A stretch of DNA of 59,918 nt, filler included, from Sphacelaria rigidula (taxonomy: Eukaryota), in assembly GCA_964200075.2 (NCBI GenBank). It is 9 parts of 9 records of this genome, joined end to end, with 100 filler letters (N's around TTAATTAATTAA, not from the genome) between each part and the next. Parts side by side here need not be neighbours in the genome. Positions count along the whole stretch, not along the records: positions 20,008 to 26,576 come from CAXNAA020019302.1; positions 26,677 to 33,245 come from CAXNAA020019303.1; positions 33,346 to 39,914 come from CAXNAA020019304.1; 6 more parts are not named here. One strand, 5' to 3'. Shown here in pieces: positions 24,872 through 37,000 of this stretch. The notes beneath the pieces were generated by a model, which worked only from the letters and a program-made list of their open reading frames with translations, searched no databases and was not told the origin of the DNA. Position numbers and translations under genes: made by a program. Numbering within the stretch: the first letter of the stretch is position 1; each line of letters starts with the position of its first letter.

Positions 24872-26576
24872 GCTTCGTCTGTTACTTGTGAAGAAGCACT
24901 GACAAAAACCGAAAAGTCTGGTGGGCTTCGCGAGGTTCGTATATTTGCTCCTGCTTCTTGCTCGCTCTACTGTCCCGATGACCTCGGATGCCGGCCACCC
25001 TCACACACATGTATGCACACGAGCGTACGGTGGCGACAGCAGCCGAACTGCAGCCAAAGTAGCAACTTCATCTCACGCCTCGCCAAACTTGCCCGGACTA
25101 CTAGTGGTGGGCACTCGAGTCCCACGACACGGAACATGATCTTATAAACGTAATCATGGTAAGTGATGAGCTTGGTGGGGCGGCCTGTCCGCCATCTCAT
25201 CGGTCTCCATACCAAAGATCTCTGTAGACGGTCGCTGACGGCACCCGCCATCGCCTCGGCAATAAACTAGGGGACAGCAGGTTGGGTCCCCCTCCCAAAA
25301 AAAAACTCGAATTTTTCCTTCTTGGGGCCTACGTTTCCAGAAATATGTTTTTGACAGACCCTTGTCCTGACCCATATTCTTGCGTAGCTCCGAGCTTTTG
25401 TAGGAGTCCCTGAATGAGAAAGACCCGGTCTCAAATGTGCAACCCCCACCGTAGCATGCCTCATTTGGGCGCACTTTTGCGGTCATACGCACGCCCAGCT
25501 TGAGTTTTGGCCGGACAAGCGATATCTCAGACAAACCACCAAAACGTTCGAGCTCTCGCACGAACACACATATCGATCTCAGGGGAACATGTTTTTTGCG
25601 GGGATTGTTCGTGTAATCGTTTTTCTGGCCAAAAGTAAGCCGGGCTCATGAACAATCTGAAAACGACGCTAGAACCCTCTCGGAAACTACAGCAGTGAGT
25701 CTCAGGTGACAAATTCCTTTTGAGTTCCGTATTCCGGCAAAAATTGGTGCTGAATCAGCGTTTTTTTCGAGAAATTTTGTTTGGTGCAGAGCAATGCTAC
25801 GGTAGGGGTTGCAATTTTTGTTCTTGGGTCTCTTTTTTGTAGGAGCCCAAATATATGGGGCTAACTACTATGCAACCAAAACCTACGGGGACCGGACTCC
25901 CAGGGACATGGTTTTTGCACGCAGAGGCCTTTTCGTGAATTGGCATCATTTTCAGTCTTTTTCAAGTAAGAATGATGCCGATTCTCAAAATGATCCGTTC
26001 AGCACCCCGAGCAGCTCCGAGAAACGTTTTCGCTGAAAAAAGTGCAGCCCCTACCGTGGCACTGCTCTGCCACGAAATAAGCGGACGGAGTGAGCAATAT
26101 AACCACGAAAAATCATACAGTTTCAATGTTTGCGATGCAGTATGATTAGCAACGGCGCACGTAGTGCCCGAGACATCTGGCGGACAAAACACGAACACGC
26201 AAAAATCATATATGAATATTTCCATTGCACTGCTGTCATTCACATTACTCCCTGTGATGAGCAACATAACTTCGACTTTGATATTCTGTTGTTCATACCG
26301 TCGATTTGCAGTTTAGGACTTTGGAAATGTTACTATTGTATGCTTGCCTCTCCCCCCGTAGTGCACGGGAAAACGGAGGGAAAGAGAGGCAGAAACAGGT
26401 AAGTGGCCGGAGGGAGAGGGGACAGAGCGCCCCGAAGCAAGTAGACGAAGTCCAAACCGACAAGCGGCAGAACAACCAAGCAAGGGAATATAGAAGTACG
26501 AGACACGGGAAGAGGATAGGAGACAACAAGAGAGCAGATGATGGTTCGGAAAGGAAGTTGAGAATAGGATCGTGGA

Positions 26577-26676
26577 NNNNNNNNNNNNNNNNNNNNNNNN
26601 NNNNNNNNNNNNNNNNNNNNTTAATTAATTAANNNNNNNNNNNNNNNNNNNNNNNNNNNNNNNNNNNNNNNNNNNN
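26577..26676. other. Artificial contig linker
   Basis: N44-TTAATTAATTAA-N44. Confidence 0.98.
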
Positions 26677-27207
26677 TTCTGATCTTCGCCCGCCTGGTCG
26701 GGGGCGGACGTATCGTGGGCGGGCGTTTTTTTTTTTTTTTCGCTTCCTTTAAAATCTTCTGTCGTCTGGTTGTGAAAGTCCGGTGCGCTTATTTGATACG
26801 ATACGAATGCCGTCGGGCGCCGTGGCGGGTGCGAAAGTACAAGAATAAAGACAAACGGAGGGAACAACAATGAAGACGTTCGACGCAGGCACATTCGTTG
26901 GCGGAGGCGAGGGGGAGGGTGCGCACCGATCGGGAGAGTTGAGCGGTTGTTCGATTGACGCAGTGGTTGGCTGTATGAGCGTGTGATTGACGGATCATTT
27001 TTTCTCGCATCGATCGATACGTTGATGAGTTGATAGGTCTGCTGCCGGTGTCATGTTGGCTGATTTGACATTCGCCAAGATGTTACAGAGCTGAAATACT
27101 CAAAAGGTCAGTCGATGGAAACACGCTGTGAGCAATACGCCACTGAAAAGTATTGCGAAGACAGGCAGCAGAGCTTACGCATCGGACGCAAATAATATTT
27201 CACTTGG

Positions 27208-27351
27208 TTTTAGACTGGACACTGATATTCGGGTCTTGTGAGGGACTGACCGTCCCAAGCACACCTAGCAAGTCATGTTTTTTACTTGATTTTAGAGTGG
27301 ACACTGATATTCGGATCGTTAGAGGGACTGATCGTCCCAAGTACACCTAGC
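27208..27351. repeat. Direct duplication, two ~62-bp copies with ~81-bp period
   Basis: TTTTAGAcTGGACACTGATATTCGG...GAGGGACTGAyCGTCCCAAGyACACCTAGC occurs twice. Confidence 0.8.
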
Positions 27352-30300
27352 TTGTGCGAACGCACACTTTAGTATGGTTCCTTTTCGATAATATGAAGGC
27401 GGTATTTTACGGTGAGGTGTACGTTCTATTAGCTGAAGTCATGTTCCGCAGTTTCAATTATCTTGAGCTCAGACAGGAAGTCATCGTGGGAAGAGGGTTG
27501 GGCACTGTTAGCTCCAACAGCTCGCCTCACGGGTGATGCCGCACATGGGAGAAAGCTGCATGACGCATAAGATTCGTAACAGCACATGTCGCAAGCGGTT
27601 TTTGCTGAAAATATTCACCTATCCACTAGAACAGGGCGAGTTGGTGCAGGTTTCTCTAGATGCGGGTCCCACTCTGTGCGCATCGGTCTTGAAACACACA
27701 TACATTCTTGTCTGTTGTACATAAAATATGCTGTTTGCTGGTATGTGTTCGACACTGGGTACCAACCGCGGCATTACGCCTTCGGCGGTACTACCTGCTC
27801 ACTGCACAGCTGCAGGGTGCAGGGTGACAAAGCACAGCACAGAACGTCACATCCCCAGCCTATCCCTGTGCTGCATTGATTTCGCGCTGTCCTATGCGGT
27901 TCGCCACATTATGCACGCAACCTCTTGTATCTGCGGTCAACGTGTTGCGGGATATCACCCTTGACTTCGCCCTAGATCGCCAAAACACACTTTGTAAAGC
28001 TCTCCGTGTTGCAGCTACAGCATGCGTTCGCCCCAGGTTGCGCACGTAAGAGTGAAAGGCCGCCTCTGCTGCTGTCATGGCTGCCTGTATCTTGGGCGAA
28101 GCTGTATGGTAACACAACTGCTATGGCGCGAAAGCCTCCTGTAGCATTTCGTACCCTGGAGATTTTTACACACTGTTGTTGTCTTGAAGTGTAGCGTTGC
28201 AGTTACGGGCTTGAGGTACGAGTATTACACAAATTATAGTCGGCAATATATTGTATACTGTGCGCAGTACACTTTTAACACCGGGTTTGTACTGACTGAC
28301 TGTAGAATCAACGTCCAGAGTCTGGGACACTTGAACATAAAATGCAGGGTCTTATACATTTTCACTTATGATCTGGCGCGGTGAGGTGGTGGAAAAATCC
28401 ACTACATCTGGGCAAACTGCAGGTAAGGCAATCGCCAAAATATTAACCTGTGAACTCTGCAACAGTGCACTGTAAGTTGATATCACTAGAGTAACACTAC
28501 CATAACTACCTTGCCGGCTTCCAGACTGTTGAAATCTTCTATCCACTAGCATTGCTACTGTCTGTACGGGGATGTTGCCCACTTGTCGGGTACGTGGGAC
28601 AGGGTCCATGTGCAGAACGCAGCGGTCGCGTGAGATGGGCTTAACCTTGACGTGTCGAGCTTTTCGGACCGGCGAACGTTCAGCCTAGACCCTCACATAT
28701 ATGGTGGGGCCTAGATGCTGTTTATTTTTTGGTCTTCTGCGAGCGTTCATCCTCAACTGGGCGAAGATTGACGATGGTCCCTGAAGGATCCGTGCGGTCT
28801 GCGAGCCAGACCGAAGTTGTACATACTGCATTTGTCATCAGACAGGAGGTGATGAAAAAACAAGGAATCTGAATAGAACAGTATCCACCGTCTCGATGCA
28901 GATCGGGCCTGCAGCACCTTGTGCAGCCACAGCTGCAGCTCCGATGCCTTGCTGTAGTACCAATCAACATATGCTCGAAGTTTCGGCGTCATTACAAGCG
29001 AGGTGCGGGTTTTGTCGGCGTCTAGCCTGCACAACACCGCCTCCGTATTATCGAAAAGGAGAAACATTGCCCTTTGCCTGGAGCAACGTTTGCACCCCCT
29101 TTGCCCGAGGATTCTCATGTGCCTTGGTCGGGGTTAGGGGTACCCTAACCCTAAGAACTACTGGTAGAACGAGAACTAGAATAACGGGCCCTGACGAACA
29201 CAACGAAAATGACCACAAAATGAAGGAAATAAACAGACGAGACGATAACCAAGGCACAAGAACCGTCCAGCTCATGCATGCCTTGCAATTCTGCGGTAAA
29301 CGAGGATGGTATGAAGATCGCTTTCGTTTGCCCTACCGCAATATCATAAGACCACGGCTGGACCCCTGGGGGGTCATTTAAAGTGCGACAATCAAGAAAT
29401 ATAGGAGAGCGCGATTTAGAGGGACGGGGGTCGACCCTGACCATGCTCCGGAAACACGTGGGGGTCTGCCTTGATGGTAGATCGTGACCGTATCTCAAAC
29501 TCAAACACAAGGCAGACCGATCATCCTGGGGGGAGGGAGGAATTCGGGGGTTACCGTGGGCGAAGTATGCGTTGCGGGAGCTCAGTCGGTGTCTGTGACG
29601 ACGACGGCGATTGGGGCAAAAACGAGTGCCGCACACGCTGGTGAACACTTGAGACTGTCAACGTAGCCCGCCTGAAGATCCAAATCTGACGACTTCGCGA
29701 AATAACAATGTTAAACCTGAAGGTTTTGCCACGGATTGGGATCAACTGTCCTGTTGAGAGGAGAAAACTAACGAAGGATTTGAAACGAGAATGTTGCCAT
29801 TCCGTTTTGAAAGAGATCGGTGGCGAAAGGTACATGATCGCATGCCCGGTCTTGAGCCACTCGACTGCTTCGCCCGCACGGGAGGCCCAAGATGAATCAT
29901 GCGCCTGAAGACGCAGTTAGAGTTCTCCACCGTAACAAAATTGGTGTTGAATAATGAAAACAAGTGGGCGGCACACAAATGGTCGGTCGATGCTCACTAC
30001 ACTTTCCTTTCTTCGAGTCTTGATGTTCATCACAGTTCTTCGGAGAGCTGCATGCAGTATGACACGAGATGGCACGGAGCTTACCTCTCTCGCGCGAAGC
30101 ACGTGTTGGGCCCTATGCTAGATCACCCTGACACGGCCAGCGATTTATGTCGCTGGAACATAACCTGACGTTTGTCATCTCTTGATCGTTACGCTGATCG
30201 ATGCGAGCATAATGTAAACAACCTGCCAAGTATGCCACTCCCTCCGGACCATGCATCCTTCATCCTTCATCCTTCATGGTGCAAGAGCTTCCAGAAGGAG

Positions 30301-30902
30301 ATTGAGCGCCAAGAAATACATATCATGTCCTCTAAAGCGTGGCTCGAGTCGGGTTGTGTGGTGCATGTGCGTCGTGGAACCGAGCAACTCCTCCCGGCAC
30401 GCTGACGACCCAGACGTCAAGGTCCTCAAAGTCCTCGTAAACATAATGATTCATTGATTGATCATGTCACCTTAGCTGATCGCAACAATCCCGCCCGTGG
30501 TCAAGAGCAGCGAACAAAAAAAAAAGGAGCGAATCAGAAAGAAGGAATGAAACAAAAAAAGACGAAGGCAATAGCCACATGAAGAAAAGAGCGGAATCAG
30601 CAACAACAACAACAAACTACGAATACATTAATAGTACCCCTATACCCCCAATTTGCTAGGATTGGAGTGACGCCGATTTTTCGAGATTTGAGTGACCCAA
30701 TTCCGACGCAGGTCGTCCTGGAGACGGCGCATGCGTGCTGCCAATCGCAAGGCCATTTACCACGAACGAACTATATCCGGCACGATGGCGCTGTATCTTC
30801 GCGGACAGCAATGTGTTGTGTTCTGAAAATTCTCCACATTTCATCACCTTGAAACCTTGACATCTCCGGCCGAAAAAAGAAATGAGTGGTCATCAGCCGC
30901 AG

Positions 30903-30954
30903 GACATCGCTACCGTACTGACATCGCTACCGTACTGACATCGCTACCGTACTG
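30903..30954. repeat. Perfect 17-bp tandem repeat, 3 copies
   Basis: (GACATCGCTACCGTACT)3. Confidence 0.95.
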
Positions 30955-32085
30955 CATCGATGCAAACAAGACGCACTTGGAAGCTCGGATTGAAGTTTCC
31001 CTCTTGCTGTTTGTCGCCAGTAGTGTTTTGGGCGCCATATGATACTGTTGGTGTGTCCAAATACACCCACCGCCACGAACTACTGCTCAGTACCGTACAG
31101 ACACTACGGTGCGGTCGGTACAGTACAGCACGGTAGCAACACGGACAGGCAGGTAGACATGCTGCTCATCTGCCGCTGTGCGCCTCGGAAACAAGACATA
31201 TCCTCCCGCTGCCTGTCTATCCGGAAACGCCGGTCGCACTTGTCTACCCTGAAATTACAGCGTCATAACACCGCTGAAGCGTGACGATTATACATGGTGC
31301 ACTTTGGGGCAAATGCCATTTTCAAGAGGTTCTTGACCGCAACCCAGAACGAAACATCGCTGTGTTAAATCTTCACATTCGAAGACGCCGTCCGTGATGT
31401 ATATCCAACCCTACCCATTGCAGAAGTACCATTTGCCTGTCGACTTGGATGTATTTCGACTCATGTTGAGTCAGTGCGCATGACTGGCACTGCGCATGTT
31501 TCCGCCTCAATTGATTTTCCAAATGCTCTTGCCGCATAGATTCCAAGGAATTGGCAAATCGTGGAGTACCTCACGTGCGTGCCCCGACGTAGTCTCAACC
31601 CTATTCTGGAAAGCAATACCTCAATTCACAGCATTCGATCTCGGAAAACAATGTCTCACTTGTCACTTGCTCTGTAGCAGTGTCAGCTTCTACCTGACTT
31701 GCGGTTGTCTTGGGCAGCACAAAGGGTATCAAGTCACCACTACAAGCGCGGAGGGATCACTGCAGCAGGTGGTATTGATGCATTGATGAAACACCTGCCC
31801 CGTGGTACGTTTAAGCACACACTCGATATACTTGAATACTGTGTCACTGTATGAATATAGGACCGTGTTAAAATTCGACTTGACGGTCAACGAGGGAGAG
31901 GGAATGCTGAACTCCTCTCGCGATAAAAAATAAAGGCAAACACTGCAAAAGGAAGGTGGGGTACTAAAAGCGAATAAAAAAGACAAAGCCCCTGTGTTGA
32001 CCTTTCTCCTGTGTGATCCCGGCTAGTGCGCCCACATATACCGAAAGGTAGAGACCAGCGCCCAGAATGGATGGGACGACAACAC

Positions 32086-32122
<37 letters not shown>

Positions 32123-32899
32123 CGCGTTGTGTTGTGTCACTTGAAAGCTCGAAACGCTTCCTCTCGCTGAGCACTGGAACTTGGGTAAAAATGAAAGTGA
32201 TGAGACAGGGTAGGCAAGATGGGGGGCTCGCTCATCCTGCTCCAGCCCGAATCATGGACCTACACCTCAGTCAAGTCAAACACCTTCATCAGTTGACGTG
32301 GAGGCTGCGAAGTGACATCCCCACCTCACACTCCTCGTTGCCCTCAAAACGGCTCATCATCGTATTGTAGTTGTCAGTATGAATGGGTGCCCTAAGGTAC
32401 CGTATAATGCCTGTCGTTGTACCCGTCTGTCGGGCCAATGCATGGACCTACAAGTTTCTCGAACTTACTCAGGGTTGGGCCAAAACGCATTCACAGCTTC
32501 ATTGGATAGCTATTAACCGATGCCTCCATCTTCCTTGTCGTTATACCCAGAACGGCTCATTGTCTTCCTAATGTACCTGCCACTGTCAGTTACTACCGTC
32601 GTATAGCCCTGTGCCATACCGCTCCCGGTACACGGCTGCCCTCTCCCTGTACAAGCAATGAAGTCAATGTAGTATGTGGGCTTGCAGCCGTGTCCACCAA
32701 CGTGGGTATCTGTGCTGTACTCTACTGTAAACCCCCATAAGTGAACGGCTTCCAACCTTCGTGCTTGACATGATTGTATCTGCTGAAATTCCACTTCCAA
32801 CATCCAGCATTTTTTATCAGTATGGTCCTAAGCGTAGGCCTAAGCCTAACTGTATCTGTAACGGTGCCAATCGGATCGATTAGGGCATCCACGAGCGAA

Positions 32900-33051
32900 A
32901 TGGCGGCGGCAGCAGCAGCGCAGCCCGAGGTATCTCCAACGGTGGATGATGGCTTCAAAGATGCTGTCGCGAGAACGAGTGATGACGCCAAGGAGAACGC
33001 GGCTGCAACGATGCTGTCCGAGCAGGAGGGGAAGCTGAGAGATATCGAGAC
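32900..33051 (+). CDS. Possible first coding exon of an unknown gene
   Basis: ATG in the context GAAATGG, an Ala-rich start (MAAAAAAQPEVSPTVDDGFKDAVAR...), GC-rich codons and a consensus GTGAGT donor at 33052. The contig ends shortly after. Confidence 0.4.
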
Positions 33052-33245
33052 GTGAGTGATTTAATATATTTCGGTTTTCTGCATATCACTGTCACATTTG
33101 CGTCTCCTTTCTTGTACAGGATATATTTTCCTTCATCATACTCCCCATTCCATCTCACCCTGTGCTCCGAATCCCCCCCCTCCCCCCCCCCCCCCCCGCC
33201 CCCCCCCCCCCCCCCCCACGCCCCCCCGCCCGGCGTGGCCACTGC

Positions 33246-33345
33246 NNNNNNNNNNNNNNNNNNNNNNNNNNNNNNNNNNNNNNNNNNNNTTAATTAATTA
33301 ANNNNNNNNNNNNNNNNNNNNNNNNNNNNNNNNNNNNNNNNNNNN
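33246..33345. other. Artificial contig linker
   Basis: N44-TTAATTAATTAA-N44. Confidence 0.98.
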
Positions 33346-33734
33346 ACACAATATGTGGACTCACAACTTACAGCGCGTCGGTCTTTCGTGATCCGGTGGG
33401 TTGTGGAACACTGTTGTACTTTTGCGATCTCGGGGCTGGTGTCAGGGTCAAAAGCTAGGCTCTTCCGCCACCAACGCGCGGTTATGGCATCATCGATGGT
33501 TGGTTCAAGCATCGGATACAGTACTGGTCGTCACGCATAGAGAGATAGGGACAGAACAGTAATAGCGGAGAGACTCGGGAACCATTTCCGGGGAGAAAGG
33601 GGCGTGGTCGTTGTGGCGTCCATGAACGGCAAATGAGCGGGAAAAGAGCCGAAGGTGTGGGCGCCATGGTTGGAGTTAGCGCGTAGACTCCCTTGCGCGC
33701 GATGTGCCGCATCAGGTACAGTGTAGAGAGCGAT

Positions 33735-34073
33735 GGCCTAGCACAGGTACGTTCTCGGCCGATCGGTGGCCCAGATAAGGTACGATTGAAAAAGAATTCC
33801 TAGATCAGGTATACCTCGGGCGAAATTTGGCCTGCAAAAAGTAAGCGGTTTCTGGAGGCGAGACGTCCGTTTTCGCGTGGCCATATCTCTCAAGTAACAT
33901 GTTTTTTTTTCGTTTTTTATCGAGGCCCGGGTGCCAATGGCCCTCCCGGACAATGTGCGTGAAAAACTCGGAGCGAAGACGGTCAAAATGGCGTGCTTGG
34001 TTGCTTTCGCGTTTCTGGCCATTTTTCGTGCCTTTCTTGGGCAAAAAACGAGAAGGTATACCTTTTCTAGGCC
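33735..34073. mobile_element. MITE-like element with GGCCTAG termini, flanked by AT
   Basis: GGCCTAGCACAGGTACGTTCTCG matches the reverse complement of the right end, GGCCTAGAAAAGGTATACCTTCTCG. AT lies directly outside both ends. Confidence 0.55.
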
Positions 34074-34080
34074 ATTGTTC

Positions 34081-37000
34081 TATTATTATTATTCCGCCCA
34101 TTAGTCCGATCTCTCAAACCCGTGGTCACAGACGTAGGTTCGTCCTGCCAATACCGCCCCTGCTATTCCTCACAAGACATGGAATTCTGACCGTTTCTTC
34201 TGAGACACCAGACAAACAACAAAAACAAGAGCAAACAAAATAACGCCAAGTAAACAGAGGAGAATATATTTCTCCCGAGTTCATCGGGGTAAAAAGCTCT
34301 TCAGATCTGCTATAAGAATACAGAGAAAAAAAGGAAGGAGAGAAAAGACGAGGCAAACAGAAGAAGAGAGGGAATTAGCATGGCCACCAAGAGAGGGTCA
34401 ACTCAACAACCCCAGGTACCCTCATGGACAAATACCAAATCTGTTCCGAAGACGGCAGATACGCTATTATAGCGAGTGTACTACGCAAACGGCTACCGGT
34501 GATGTTTCGGGGGTCCTCGATAGGCACTGGGGGAACTCTAGAGTAGCACAGCAAACAATTCGGTGGCATGACGTGCTTTGGTCCAGGCTGTCGTGTACAT
34601 CTTAGCTCCCTCCGCTACGATTCGGTACCATTCGGAGACATCTTGGGCAACCTTTGCCGCGTGTATTCTGAACTTGGAACAGTGTTCCGTGGAACAGTGC
34701 TGTAGGCCTCTTGCTGATCGGTCTGCCTTCGCCTTCCCTCCGACCACGACTCCACGCATGACAATGTTGGGGAGGCGTTCATCGTGCATGCGCACAACGT
34801 GGCCGGCGTGTAGAAGGATTCGTCTCACCATGGTAGCCTCGATGCACTCGCAACCAATTCTTTCGAGGACCTCGTGGTATGGCAGCATGTGGTAGTCGGG
34901 GGCGCTGCGGCTTGAGGTATACTTGTTGAGGCACCTCAGCAGGGTTTCCCGGTGGGTCTCCCATGACGTGCCGAAATTTTCGTGCGCGATCGTCCAGATC
35001 ACGCAGCCGTATAGCATTACCTCGATCACGTCAGTCTTGAGGAGACGAACCTTGGTGACCAGGGCGATGTACGGGTTGTCGTATACCGCTCTGCTGTGCT
35101 TGTAGAAGCAAGCCCAGGCCTGGCCACTGCGGCTGTGTATCTCGGGAGTGGCATCACCGGTGCTGCTGATTTTCCTACGAAGGTAGAGGAAAGCCGCAAC
35201 TTGCTTGTATCTTTGGCACACCGCCTCCACCTCGGCCACATCCGCCTGCATGTTCGGGGAGCGCGTGCGCATGGTGAACGTCTTCTTTTCCGTCACGACG
35301 AGGCCAAATGCCGCACATACTTCGACGACGATTGTCATCACGGCTTCCTTGAGATCGCGAGGCCATGTCAGCGTCGTCGTCGTTAGCATGGCCCAAAGCA
35401 CTTTGCTGAGTTCGTCCCTGGCCTTTCCACCCCTTTCAACGCTGCGGATCAAGTGCTGTGCGACCGCTTCATTCATCGAGAAGCGCTCGAACGTCACCGT
35501 CAGCGCCGCCGCGAAGAAGATGCTAAACAAAGCGGGGAAAACCACACAGCCTTGGCGGAGGCCCTGGTTAACGTTAAACCACTCAGACGCCTCGCCGCTG
35601 TTAAGGGGAAGGCATGCCCGCATGCCGTCGTGAAACTAGCGGATGATGTCAATCCTCTTGGCGGGTATACCGTAGCGTGCTAGAACGTTTCAGAGAAGAG
35701 AGCAGTCCACTCAGTCGTAGGCCCTTTGGAGGTCGATGAAGCACATGTACAGTGGAAGATTCTTCTCTCTGGCGAGTTCTTGGAGTCTGCGCACAACGTA
35801 CATCATGTCGACTGTCGACCGGCCGGGTCGGCAGCCGCATTGAGCTTTTGGGAGTATTCCTTTCCACTCGCAGCAGGCGCTGAGGCGAGTCGCAACTATC
35901 TTGAGTAGCACCTTGCCCGCGTAGGACCCTAGCGAAATACTGCGGTAGTTGCCACGTTCGTGCGGGTCCTGTTCCTTGAAGACCATCTTGATTATGGTGT
36001 TTTTTCATTCGTGCGGCACTACTTCCTGGGGCCACACGGTGAGCACGATGTTGTGGAGGCACTTCAGGGTGACGGAATCTTCGGTGCGGTTGAGCTTCAA
36101 CCGTTCACCGCAGATGTTGTCCGTCCCACAGAACTTGCCGTTCACGAGCTTGATCACTATTTCCTTGACTTGTTCATCAAGGGCTCGGCCGCGAGCGGTG
36201 CGTGCTCCGGCATCTGTTCGATGAGAACGACGACAGAGTGGCCGATCATAGGAGAAGTTGCGTTCAGCTGTGTTCCAAACCACTCCTTACACCGTTGCAG
36301 GATAGCTAGCTTGTCCCGTAACAACCCGCCAGTCGCACTCCTGATGTAGGTTGATCAGCACCCCTTCTTCCCTTCTAGTGCCAAGGATTCGATGTGCTGG
36401 TACAGCCCTGCTTGGTCCTTCTTGCGAACAAACTCTGCTATCCAGACGGTGAACTCGTGAAAGAAGTCCTGCAGCTTCGCATCCTTCACCGGTTTGAACG
36501 CTTTGGTCGTCACCTTCAGCACCTTCTTCAGGACAGGGTCTTTGGGACTGGCGCGTAGTTTTCCCATACACGTTCCCTGAGATTCCACACCTTTTTGAGG
36601 CGATCCTGAGCCTGTGGCGACTCACTGAAACCTCTAGATGGGGGGTCCTTCGGCCATCGAGGAAGTGTATCCGCGGCCGTCTGTCGCAGGGCGTTGGCGA
36701 AGGTAGATGCCATGTCGTTGATGCCCAGTTTTGCGGTGGAGTTCGTGGCATTCGGGAGCTTGGCGACATCGGCTTGCGAGACAGTCGCTCTCCAGCGTCG
36801 GTCGGATGCGAGAGCTTGGCGGTCGAAGCGCACTCCGCCAACCCCGCCTTCCGATTTCGGTCGGCGGTGGGGTGCGCTCTGTCCGAGGCGACGGATGGTG
36901 GCCGGGACCACTTTATGGTCCGATTTGATCTCGGGGTGCACCGTGAAAAATCGGACGAATCTACGGTCTTGCTGATGTACTAGGATGTAGTCCAAACGCC

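Noticed and set aside
28350..30410. Protein-like decayed ORF fragments on both strands
   Set aside because: No recognisable family motif or consistent splice structure.
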